From contig SKZO01000263.1 in assembly GCA_007127335.1 (NCBI GenBank), positions 1 through 58,543 on the forward strand: a stretch of 58,543 nucleotides of DNA. Direction: 5' to 3'. The position numbers and the translations under genes were made by a program. Positions 35,888 to 44,371 of this stretch are shown piece after piece. The DNA is from Spirochaetales bacterium (GTDB lineage: Bacteria > Spirochaetota > Spirochaetia > DSM-27196 > SLST01). The first letter of the stretch is position 1. Each line of letters begins with the position of its first letter. A model generated the notes under the pieces. It was given only the letters and a program-made list of their open reading frames with translations. It did no database searches and was not told where the DNA came from.

Positions 35888-36940
35888 TCATTGAGCGATT
35901 GCCCGAAAGAGTACGAAGTCGACCGCACCCCCGCTCACCCGGGGCAGGAACCGGGCATCCCCGGACAGGCGATGGTTGATCTCAGACGCAATGGCCGCCG
36001 CGGCGTAGGCGTACGCCTCGCTGACCGTGACGTAGCCATCGTGGTTGCGATCAGCCTTGAGCGGCGCCTGGAGGAAATAGTGGGTGAACACACCGTTCGA
36101 CAGACCGGCCCAGTCCCCTTCGTATGAGAACTCATGCGCACCCGAGGCGGATATCACCGCCGCGGCCTGTCCGGCGGCTCCAGGATCGAGCGCGCCGTGA
36201 CTCAGATAGAGCGACGCCGCGTTCACGGCGTCCGTGAGCGAGATTCCCTCACTTGAGCCGCTATACGACGACGGAACCGTATCGTACGAGCCGTCGCTGC
36301 CTATGAACCCGCCGGAGTGGCACGCATCCATGACCACGATCTTCTGGCGCGACCGAATGCCTGCGAGCAGCGAGGCGAGCTCGTCGGTTCGAATGCTCTC
36401 CCGGATCGTGAGCGGCACATCCGAGAACGGGTCGGCTTCGTGGAGAAAGAGGAAGGATACGACACCTTCCCGTCCGGCGGTTGCCCCGGTGCCTTCGAGC
36501 GAAGCGAGATAGTCCGCCCACTCCTGTGAGAACGGCGGATCGCTGTAGTACGCCTCCATTCCGGCCCCATACCCGTGACCTGCGAAGTAGAAGAAGAACG
36601 ACGATCCCGGTTCGGCCAGGGCGGCGGCGGCACTGAAGTCCGCGAGCAGATTGTCCTTCGTCGCCGCTTCGTTCAGGCGGGGGCCATCGCCGATGAGCGT
36701 ATACCCCTGGTCGACGAGGAGCGAGGCGATCGCGGTCGCGTCGTCGTCCGGCTGGCGAAGGCTGCTGATGTGAGCGTAGCGCGCCACGCCGTACACGATC
36801 GCGTAACCGGGTGCCAGTCCCGGGTCGTTTCCGCAGGCCGAAACGACGGCGAGCATGACGCCCGCGATGCCGATCACCAGAGGACGATGGATCAGGATAC
36901 CGGTACGCCGCACACGCATTGTCATTGAGTCTATGGTCAT
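35888..36940 (-). CDS. Caspase-family (peptidase C14, metacaspase-like) putative lipoprotein
   Basis: YAIVYGV, FYFAGHG (catalytic His), VMDACHSG (catalytic Cys), p10-like ISASGAHEFSYE...GVFTHY, ADRNHDGYVTVSE; lipobox-like AVVSAC. Confidence 0.88.
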   Translation of the reverse strand: MTIDSMTMRVRRTGILIHRPLVIGIAGVMLAVVSACGNDPGLAPGYAIVYGVARYAHISSLRQPDDDATAIASLLVDQGYTLIGDGPRLNEAATKDNLLADFSAAAALAEPGSSFFFYFAGHGYGAGMEAYYSDPPFSQEWADYLASLEGTGATAGREGVVSFLFLHEADPFSDVPLTIRESIRTDELASLLAGIRSRQKIVVMDACHSGGFIGSDGSYDTVPSSYSGSSEGISLTDAVNAASLYLSHGALDPGAAGQAAAVISASGAHEFSYEGDWAGLSNGVFTHYFLQAPLKADRNHDGYVTVSEAYAYAAAAIASEINHRLSGDARFLPRVSGGAVDFVLFRAIAQ

Positions 36941-37485
36941 GGGGGCGTAAATTCCAGTGCGATTGCCCCGCGCAGGCCTATTCCCATCGCACGACGGACG
37001 TCATGGCGAGACTGATAGAAGAACGGTACCGACCACTCGAGCTTCGCGTGCCGGCCGAGTCTCGAGGTGATGCAGGGGCCGAGCTCGACCTCCACGAATG
37101 AGAACAGCAGCGATGTCATTTCGTACGCAGCGAGGCTCGCACGACCTGTGGCCATGAGTCCGAGACCGTTCTCAAAGGCCCATCCGCTCGCGATCCACAG
37201 GCTTCGTGTTACGAGCCCGCGGTAGCGGTACCCGCGATGCAACCGGCTCGCACCAATGTGCCCGACACCAATGCCGGCCTCGGCGCGGAATCCGGCGACC
37301 GGATGACTCGCCGTCCGTGTGCCGATCCCGAGCTGCAGCTCGCTCAGCGGTTGAACGGCCGCGGCGAATTGGGTATGCTGCACCATCAGTGCGGCATGCC
37401 GCGTCCCGACGATGACCGAGACATCCGCAGGCAGCTCGGCGACCATGACCGCCGCGCAGACACATAGCATGGAAAGACGCTTCAC
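36937..37485 (-). CDS. Putative small outer-membrane beta-barrel protein
   Basis: Signal-peptide-like N-terminus; repeated strands with alternating hydrophobic/Gly residues; aromatic residue near the C-terminus (IALEF); ATGA overlap with the caspase gene. Confidence 0.55.
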   Translation of the reverse strand: MKRLSMLCVCAAVMVAELPADVSVIVGTRHAALMVQHTQFAAAVQPLSELQLGIGTRTASHPVAGFRAEAGIGVGHIGASRLHRGYRYRGLVTRSLWIASGWAFENGLGLMATGRASLAAYEMTSLLFSFVEVELGPCITSRLGRHAKLEWSVPFFYQSRHDVRRAMGIGLRGAIALEFTPP

Positions 37486-37489
37486 GAGA

Positions 37490-37927
37490 ATGCAGCATGC
37501 ATGGCCGATCGCGGCCGGTCAACCCCACCGAGTCGCGCTGAGTTCCGTCCGCGTAATCGTCCTTGCGCTTGTTGCCGCCCTGAGTGTCGGCGCGTGCTCC
37601 CGGGACCGATCGCCCACGTCACCGGTGCTTCCTCTGACGTCAGTCGCGGCTCTTCGGCCGACGTGGGTTGTTGTGGCCGACTCCTATCTGAGGCTGCATC
37701 GCGACCCGAGCAGCGGTGCGCAGATCGTGGGTCACCTTCGGCAGGCCCAGGTCGCCGAGATTCGTTCGATCGAAGTGGGTGGGACACGCACCGACGGAAC
37801 TACTCGTGACTGGTACCTGCTCGAGCGTGATGAGGTGGTCGGCTGGGCCCCTGCTGATCGCGTGCTGCCCTACGGATCATACGGTCGCGCACGGGATGCT
37901 GCGTTCCGGATGCAGGAGAACCGCTGA
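37490..37927 (+). CDS. Putative lipoprotein with a bacterial SH3-like domain
   Basis: Lipobox-like LSVGAC; YLRLHRDPSSGAQIVGHL...WYLLE...VGWAP resembles SH3b. Start uncertain. Confidence 0.7.
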   Translation: MQHAWPIAAGQPHRVALSSVRVIVLALVAALSVGACSRDRSPTSPVLPLTSVAALRPTWVVVADSYLRLHRDPSSGAQIVGHLRQAQVAEIRSIEVGGTRTDGTTRDWYLLERDEVVGWAPADRVLPYGSYGRARDAAFRMQENR

Positions 37928-39492
37928 TGGTTCCCGGACTGCTGACCGCACTTCCCTACGCGCTTCCTCCTCTTCTCGGGGCACTCATCGGGTACGTGAC
38001 CAACAAGATCGCGATCCGAATGCTCTTTCGTCCGTTGACCGAGAAACGCGTGCTCGGTGTGCGGATCCCGCTGACACCCGGAATCATCCCCCGGCAACGT
38101 CACGAGCTGGCGCGAAGCGTCGCTCGCATGGTGTCTACGAGGCTGATCACCGACGACGTGCTCCTTCGTCGTCTCCAGGATCCCGGGTTCGTCTCAACGC
38201 TGGAGGCGAGCGTCAGTCACTTCACCGACGAGGTGCTTGCCGGGAGCGGCGGGGGCACCGACTCGGCCGCAGCGGCGCGAAGCGGCGTGCGGGACATGGC
38301 GGCGCTGGTTCTGAGCGCCTTTCTCCGCTCCGAGCTGTTCTCCGATGTTGTGCATCGTCTCGCTGAGTCGACGGCATCCGGCGCGCTCGCGATGAAGGCC
38401 GACCAGATTCTGCCTGCGAGAGCGAAGACCGCTCTGCTCGTTCGTAGAGTCGTAGACTCGATTGCCAACGGACCGGTCGCGCCGACCGCTGAGAGGGCGA
38501 TCCAGCGGTGGATTGCCGATCATCTCGAGCGGGACACGCCGTTCGTGGATATCGTGGGCCGGGAGTCGCTTGATCGGGTCGCGGCAATCGCGCCCGGGCT
38601 CTATGACCCTTTGCTGGAAGCCCTCCTGGCGTTCCTCCGTGACCCGAAGACCAGGCACGAGCTGTCCGTTCACGGGCGGGATTTTCTCAACCGTATCCTG
38701 CGCAGGCTGAATCTGCTGCAGCGGTTTCTCGTGTCGGCCGGACAGTACGACCGCAACATCAGTGAGAACATGCCGGCCGTTGTCGACGATCTGATCCAGA
38801 GCGTGGAAGATGCCGGCAGAGGTGCCGAGAACCGGCAGCGTCTGATCGAGTCGATTCAGGCGGAGGTGTACCAGCTCGGCGATGTCGGCGTGCGCACGCT
38901 CTTCGAGCGGTTCGGTCTCCAGGCGGACCGCATGGTCATGAGGCTCTTCGTCGCGGCGGTGGATCTCCTTGGGCGGGACGAAGTGCAGGAGCGAATCAGC
39001 GATTCCGTCGTGAGGTTCCTCGAGCGACAGCGCCCGAGATCGCTCGGCGAGTTGCTCGAGTCGGTCACCGGGGTGTCTCCGCAGGACCTGACACAGCGGA
39101 TCGTCTCCGTTGTCGACGGCTGGATCGCTCGGGAGGGGAATGCCGAGCAACTGGCTGAGCGCGTCGTGGAGTTCGCGTTGCGGTACGTGGGCGCCGGTGA
39201 ACGGCGACCGCTCGGCGAGGTGTTACCGTTGAGTGCGGAACAGAAACGGCGCATCGATAGATTCCTGGCGATGAGACTCCAGAAGGCGATGGAGCGTCGG
39301 GTACCGCAGATCATCGCCTCAATGGATGTCTATACGATGGTCGTTGAGAAGATCGACGGTCTTGACGTGGAGAGTGTCGAGCAGCTGTTGCTCATGGTGA
39401 TCGCGCGGCATCTGAAGTGGATCAACCTGTTCGGTGCGCTGCTCGGGAGTCTCATTGGCGGTGTCCAGGTGCTCGTCGGCATCATGAGCTGA
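37927..39492 (+). CDS. DUF445 family membrane protein
   Basis: GALIGYVTNKIAIRMLFRP...GIIPRQRHELA at the N-terminus; HLKWINLFGALLGSLIG at the C-terminus. Confidence 0.9.
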   Translation: MVPGLLTALPYALPPLLGALIGYVTNKIAIRMLFRPLTEKRVLGVRIPLTPGIIPRQRHELARSVARMVSTRLITDDVLLRRLQDPGFVSTLEASVSHFTDEVLAGSGGGTDSAAAARSGVRDMAALVLSAFLRSELFSDVVHRLAESTASGALAMKADQILPARAKTALLVRRVVDSIANGPVAPTAERAIQRWIADHLERDTPFVDIVGRESLDRVAAIAPGLYDPLLEALLAFLRDPKTRHELSVHGRDFLNRILRRLNLLQRFLVSAGQYDRNISENMPAVVDDLIQSVEDAGRGAENRQRLIESIQAEVYQLGDVGVRTLFERFGLQADRMVMRLFVAAVDLLGRDEVQERISDSVVRFLERQRPRSLGELLESVTGVSPQDLTQRIVSVVDGWIAREGNAEQLAERVVEFALRYVGAGERRPLGEVLPLSAEQKRRIDRFLAMRLQKAMERRVPQIIASMDVYTMVVEKIDGLDVESVEQLLLMVIARHLKWINLFGALLGSLIGGVQVLVGIMS

Positions 39493-39522
39493 CCGAGCGT
39501 CGCAGCCGCCGCGGCGTCGAGG

Positions 39523-40359
39523 CTACGACACGCGGTCGAGGAACCACCGGTACAGCGCCTCCAGCCGGTTCGTGAAACTTCGTTCAACGCGATCCTCGAG
39601 TCCGAACAGCGGCGCCGCTCTCGCCGCCGCGACGCCGTAGAAGAGCACGTGCCCCTGGACCGGCACCACCACGAGGTCGATCTCGAGCGACTCGGGTCCC
39701 ACCGCGGGCAGCACCCCACGGTAGAGCATCCGGGTGAGGTTTCGCATGCGCAGGCGCACGCCCTCGACGGTGGCCACATAGGTGAGTTCGAGGACGTTGC
39801 GGCCGAAGCTCGAGTCGCGTTGGTAGGCATAGAGGGTTTCGCCGTCGGGTAGTGCCGTTGCGGTGGGATCAGGCAGCCGGGCGGGCTGCTCAGGGTCACG
39901 GATCAGATGAGACTCGTGAAAGAGCGTTCGCATTCTGCCACGACTCTCTGAGTAGTACTCGATTCCCTCCATCGTGCTGATCGACTGGAGTACCGTGACG
40001 AGCTCTACGTCGACGTGGCGCGCGAGCTCCGGGGCGGGGACGAGGAAGAGCACTTCGACGGCAAAGGTCGGGTCGAGCGAGACGATGTCCTGGCGGACCG
40101 AGTCGCGAAACAGCGGTGCGAGCCGCAGACGGGGCGGGGTGTCGGGCTCTACGAGACCGGAGCCGAGCAGCCTGCCCTCGGCAATAAGACGGTCGATCTC
40201 CACCGTCGTGGCGTGCGGAAGCCGTTCCTCAATGCAGGGACGTACGGCGGCCAGGGCGTCCGGTGGGGAGGAGGGAGTATTTGTCTGCGCGGCAATGATT
40301 TGTACACCTATCAGTGCCACGAACAGATAACAGAACGTTGCCGGTCCTCGGTGTCGCAT
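39523..40359 (-). CDS. Exported protein, DUF6675-like
   Basis: SISTMEGIEYYSESR, QRDSSFG, SFTNRLEALYRWF match my recollection of this spirochaete family. Signal-peptide-like start at ATG 40359. Confidence 0.7.
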   Translation of the reverse strand: MRHRGPATFCYLFVALIGVQIIAAQTNTPSSPPDALAAVRPCIEERLPHATTVEIDRLIAEGRLLGSGLVEPDTPPRLRLAPLFRDSVRQDIVSLDPTFAVEVLFLVPAPELARHVDVELVTVLQSISTMEGIEYYSESRGRMRTLFHESHLIRDPEQPARLPDPTATALPDGETLYAYQRDSSFGRNVLELTYVATVEGVRLRMRNLTRMLYRGVLPAVGPESLEIDLVVVPVQGHVLFYGVAAARAAPLFGLEDRVERSFTNRLEALYRWFLDRVS

Positions 40360-40367
40360 GCTATCTT
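40338..40367 (+). promoter_or_regulatory. Putative promoter of the murG operon
   Basis: TTGCCG, 18-nt spacer, TATCTT, with an extended -10 TG at 40359-60. Confidence 0.55.
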
Positions 40368-40405
40368 GAGATATCGCACAAAGACACGGAAAGCAAGGCC
40401 AAAGG

Positions 40406-41515
40406 ACGCAGCCGCTCGTTCTCTTCACCGGTGGGGGGACCGCCGGACACGTCTACCCCGGGCTTGCCGTCGCGGAAAGCCTTGCCGAACGGCTGCCCTT
40501 CGAGGCGGCATGGGTGGGCGGCACTACCGGTATGGAGAGACGAATCGTCGGCGGGCGCATACCTTACTACGGTATTCCAACGGGTAAGCTGCGCCGCTAC
40601 TTCTCGTTCGAGAACCTCCGGGATCTCTTTCGGGTCGCCGCGGGGATCGTGCGTGCGTGGGCGCTCGTTCGCGGGCTCAGACCCGACGTTCTCTTCTCCA
40701 AGGGGGGGTTCGTGAGTGTCCCGCCGGTCATCGCGGCGAAGTTGCTCGGGGTGCCCGTTGTCAGTCATGAGAGCGACGCCGACCCCGGGCTTGCGACTCG
40801 CATCAATGCCCGTTTTTCGGATCAGATGTGTGTGGCGTACGAGTCTACGAGACGGTGCTTTCACAGACGGTACCGGAACCGCGTTACGGTTACCGGGAAC
40901 CCCCTGCGGAACGAAATACTGCGGGGAAACAGAGTCGACGGGTTACGGTTTCTCGGGTTCTCGGTCACTGATCCCCGGCCGGTAGTCCTCTTTCTTGGCG
41001 GCAGTCTTGGAGCACGGCAGATTAACGAGCTCGTCGAGCAACTGCTGCCGGCGATCGGCTCTACGTGGCGGGTCGTGCACCAGACCGGCACTACCCATCG
41101 CGCCGGGATTCGTCGCGACGATCACTACGCGGCCTCATACTTCGGTCCGGAGCTACCGGATATCCTCGCGGCTGCCGATCTCGTGGTCTGCCGCGCCGGC
41201 GCTTCCACCCTTTGGGAAGTGGCCGTGCTCGGGATCCCGATGCTGCTCGTTCCCCTTGCCGGAGGGTCCCGGGGCGATCAGATCCGGAATGCCGCAGTCT
41301 TCGCCCGCGCCGGCGCGGCGGTATCCCTTCATTCGTCGGAGACACTGGCCGGCGACGCCACAGCGTGGCTGGCCCGGTACGCCTGCGATAAGGATCAGAT
41401 GCAGAGGATGGGCGAGCGCGCGCGAGCGCTTGTCCGTTCTGATGCGGCAGATCGAATTGCTGACATTATCATCGGGTGCCTTGGATCTGTACCCGCATTT
41501 TCGAGGGGGGCCTGA
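40406..41515 (+). CDS. murG: MurG glycosyltransferase (true start unresolved, no canonical start codon)
   Basis: FTGGGTAGHVYPG lies in frame upstream of the ORF-track start. Also contains PTGKLRRYFS, FSKGGFVSVP, HESD, GNPLR, GGSLGA, CRAGAST. Confidence 0.93.
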   Translation, partial: TQPLVLFTGGGTAGHVYPGLAVAESLAERLPFEAAWVGGTTGMERRIVGGRIPYYGIPTGKLRRYFSFENLRDLFRVAAGIVRAWALVRGLRPDVLFSKGGFVSVPPVIAAKLLGVPVVSHESDADPGLATRINARFSDQMCVAYESTRRCFHRRYRNRVTVTGNPLRNEILRGNRVDGLRFLGFSVTDPRPVVLFLGGSLGARQINELVEQLLPAIGSTWRVVHQTGTTHRAGIRRDDHYAASYFGPELPDILAAADLVVCRAGASTLWEVAVLGIPMLLVPLAGGSRGDQIRNAAVFARAGAAVSLHSSETLAGDATAWLARYACDKDQMQRMGERARALVRSDAADRIADIIIGCLGSVPAFSRGA

Positions 41516-42003
41516 TGCAGTTCGCCGGCATCGATATCGTGTTTGCCATAATCGTAGTGATTCTGGCTTTCAGGGCTGCGATACGCGGGTTCGTGAAGGA
41601 ACTGATGGGAACCGCAGCGCTCTTCCTCGGGATCGTCATCGCCGTCCTCTTCAGTGGTCTCGTGGCGCAGGCCATCGACGAGTTCATCGGACCGATGATC
41701 TGGAGTCAGATCATCGCGTTCCTCGGGCTCTTTCTCGTCGTGTATCTCCTCGTGAAGCTGTTTGAGGGCGGTTTGAACCGGATGATCGAACGAGTCCATG
41801 CGGACAAGCTCGACCACGCCCTGGGGTTTTTCCTGGGCATCGCCGAGGGGCTCGTCGTCGTGTTCGTGATACTCCTGCTCGTACAGATCCAACCGTTCTT
41901 CGAGCCTCAGACGCTGATCGAAGGGAGCCTCTTCGCCCGTCTCATGGCTCCATTCATGCCGTTGATCGCAGATTTCCTTGCGACGGGGCGACTGAATGTT
42001 TGA
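41515..42003 (+). CDS. cvpA: CvpA family membrane protein
   Basis: IDIV...RGFVKEL, DHALGFFLGIAEG; four TM helices. Confidence 0.9.
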   Translation: MQFAGIDIVFAIIVVILAFRAAIRGFVKELMGTAALFLGIVIAVLFSGLVAQAIDEFIGPMIWSQIIAFLGLFLVVYLLVKLFEGGLNRMIERVHADKLDHALGFFLGIAEGLVVVFVILLLVQIQPFFEPQTLIEGSLFARLMAPFMPLIADFLATGRLNV

Positions 42004-43189
42004 GAACATCATAGGGCAGGAGCCTGTCATCAGTCGATTGATGACTGAAGTGGGTGCCGGGATCCTTCCTCCGACGCTTCTGTTTCACGGTCCCGACTAC
42101 TCGGGCAAGAGCTCCACGGCGCTGGAGTTGGCACGTGTACTGACCTGTACCGGGAATGAACCATCGGTACCGTGGGGATGCAAGTGCCGAAGCTGTCTGC
42201 AGCAGCGTCACCTGTTGCACCCGGATACGCTCCTGCTCGGAGGCAGGTACTTCAGCCGGGAGATAGCCGTCGCGGTCACGGCCCTGAAACGCGACAAACG
42301 CGTGGCTCTGCGATACCTCCTCGAACGTTCGATCCGCAAACTCACGCGTCGCTTCGACCCGGTGCTCTGGGACGGCGAGGAGAGCCGCATCAAGAAGGCA
42401 GAACCGTTGATCGCGGAGCTCGAGGAGCGCCTGTATCCCTACCTTCCTGACGGTGATCTTCCGGACGACCGTCATTACGTCGGCGGTCTTGATGCAATCA
42501 CCGCGGTCTGCGACAAGTTGGCTGCAGTCCAGCCCCTCGACGCAGTTCCAGTGCACGTGGTGCGGCGTCTTTCGCACTGGTCTCACCTCGCCTCCGCCGG
42601 GCCTGCGAAGATAGCGATCATCGAGAACATCGACCGTCTGCACGAGTCTTCAAGGAACGCGCTGTTGAAAACCCTCGAGGAGCCGCCTCATGGGGTGTAC
42701 TTCGTGCTGACGACCCAACGGCGTGGTGCGGTGATGCAGACGATTCTCTCGCGTGCGAGAGCGTACGGTTTCGCGACAAGGGACGCCGGACAGAGCAGGT
42801 TGGTGATCGAGCGCATCTTTCGTGATACGGCAACGAGCAGTGCGAGTATACGGGATTACTTCATCAGCCTCGATGGGCGCGGGCTGCGCCCGCTTGCCGA
42901 GCGATTCCTCGAGAGCTGCCTTACAGGAGACGACATCGAGCTGTCGCTGCTTGATGAGATCGCCCAGACAATCGCGTCGCTCGGCGCCGGCGAAGGGTTT
43001 CGTTACTTTCTAGAGGAGTTGGGAGATCTCATGCGAGCGATGCTGCGATCGGGTGGTGCGGTTCAGCCGAGGATGCTCGAAGTCTGGCGGTCGGCGCTGA
43101 GACGCGCCGCCGTGCGGGTGGACGCGTACAATATCGCCGTTTCGCGGGCGCTCGAAGGTCTCTACTACACCATGCGGCGAACGGCCTGA
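41996..43189 (+). CDS. DNA polymerase III delta'-like (HolB/DnaX family) protein
   Basis: FENIIGQ, LLFHGPDYSGKS, CKCRSC, NALLKTLEEPP. Confidence 0.85.
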   Translation: MFENIIGQEPVISRLMTEVGAGILPPTLLFHGPDYSGKSSTALELARVLTCTGNEPSVPWGCKCRSCLQQRHLLHPDTLLLGGRYFSREIAVAVTALKRDKRVALRYLLERSIRKLTRRFDPVLWDGEESRIKKAEPLIAELEERLYPYLPDGDLPDDRHYVGGLDAITAVCDKLAAVQPLDAVPVHVVRRLSHWSHLASAGPAKIAIIENIDRLHESSRNALLKTLEEPPHGVYFVLTTQRRGAVMQTILSRARAYGFATRDAGQSRLVIERIFRDTATSSASIRDYFISLDGRGLRPLAERFLESCLTGDDIELSLLDEIAQTIASLGAGEGFRYFLEELGDLMRAMLRSGGAVQPRMLEVWRSALRRAAVRVDAYNIAVSRALEGLYYTMRRTA

Positions 43190-43195
43190 GGGAAG

Positions 43196-44371
43196 ATGAA
43201 AAAGTTCGTAGAGCGGGCGCTGAAGAAGTTTGAGAAGCTCGATACCGAACAGGTGCGGATGCTCATTCGCGATCTCGCGAACGAGCAGGGCCTTGTTGCC
43301 GCCGTCCTCGACTCGCTGAACGACGGGTTGATGGTTGCAGACAGCGAGCATCTGCTCGTGCTCTACAACAAGGCGTGCGAGCGTCTCGTTCCCATGAGTC
43401 TACGGGAGGGCACCGATCAGCCGGTCTGGCAGACGATCGCAGACGACCAGATCGCTCGTTTCATCGAGCGGACCCTCATTGGCCAGGAGTCGGTCGCGGA
43501 CCGCGAGTTCACGTTCGACCGGGGATCCAAGACACGAACCCTCGCGTTCACCGTCACTCCGCTTCTTCGCGACGGAACCATCACCGGATCCATCGTGCGC
43601 ATAGACGATGTGTCAGAAAAACGGAGTCGGGAAGCGCGGCTTCGACGAGCCGAGAGTCTCGCCAGTCTCACGACACTCGCGGCAGGCGTCGCTCACGAGA
43701 TCAAGAATCCTCTGGGATCGATCGGGATCCACATGCAGCTCATCCAGAAGACCCTGGCGGCGATCGATGACCAACGTGCCGGTACGATTCGTGAGTACGT
43801 CGACGTCGTGAACGAGGAGGTCGAGCGGTTGAACCGGATCGTCGTCGACTTCCTGTTCGCTGTACGGCCAATGGACACGACGCTTGACGATCAGGAGCTG
43901 AATCCAATCGTGAAGGAGCTGCTCGATTTCGTGCGCTTCGAGCTCGAGGAAGCCGGCATATCAATCGTTGAGGACTTCGCCGACGACCTGCCGGAGCTGC
44001 GACTCGACGAGAAATACCTCAAGCAGGCGGTGCTCAACATCGTCAAGAACGCGATCTCCGCGATGCCGGAAGGTGGCGTGTTGACCGTCACGACGCGGCA
44101 GAGCGGAGATGACGTCCTGCTTCGGATCAGCGACACCGGCGAGGGGATGAGCGAAGAGGTAATGGAGAAGATCTTCGATCCGTACTTCACGACCAGAGAC
44201 TTTGGATCTGGAATCGGACTGACTCTCGTGTACAAGATCGTCAAGGAGCATATGGGTGATATATCGGTCGTCAGTCAGGAGGGCCGGGGGAGTGCTTTCA
44301 CGATCATGCTGCCCGTTCCACAGCGTGAACAGCATCTGTTGAGCTGGCAGGGAGACGGCGATGAAGTTTAA
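43196..44371 (+). CDS. Cytoplasmic PAS-containing sensor histidine kinase (Hk2/NtrB-like)
   Basis: PAS-like LDSLNDG...YNKACERL; H-box AHEIKNPL; N-box LNIVKNA; DTGEG; FDPYF; GSGIGL. No TM segment. Confidence 0.95.
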   Translation: MKKFVERALKKFEKLDTEQVRMLIRDLANEQGLVAAVLDSLNDGLMVADSEHLLVLYNKACERLVPMSLREGTDQPVWQTIADDQIARFIERTLIGQESVADREFTFDRGSKTRTLAFTVTPLLRDGTITGSIVRIDDVSEKRSREARLRRAESLASLTTLAAGVAHEIKNPLGSIGIHMQLIQKTLAAIDDQRAGTIREYVDVVNEEVERLNRIVVDFLFAVRPMDTTLDDQELNPIVKELLDFVRFELEEAGISIVEDFADDLPELRLDEKYLKQAVLNIVKNAISAMPEGGVLTVTTRQSGDDVLLRISDTGEGMSEEVMEKIFDPYFTTRDFGSGIGLTLVYKIVKEHMGDISVVSQEGRGSAFTIMLPVPQREQHLLSWQGDGDEV

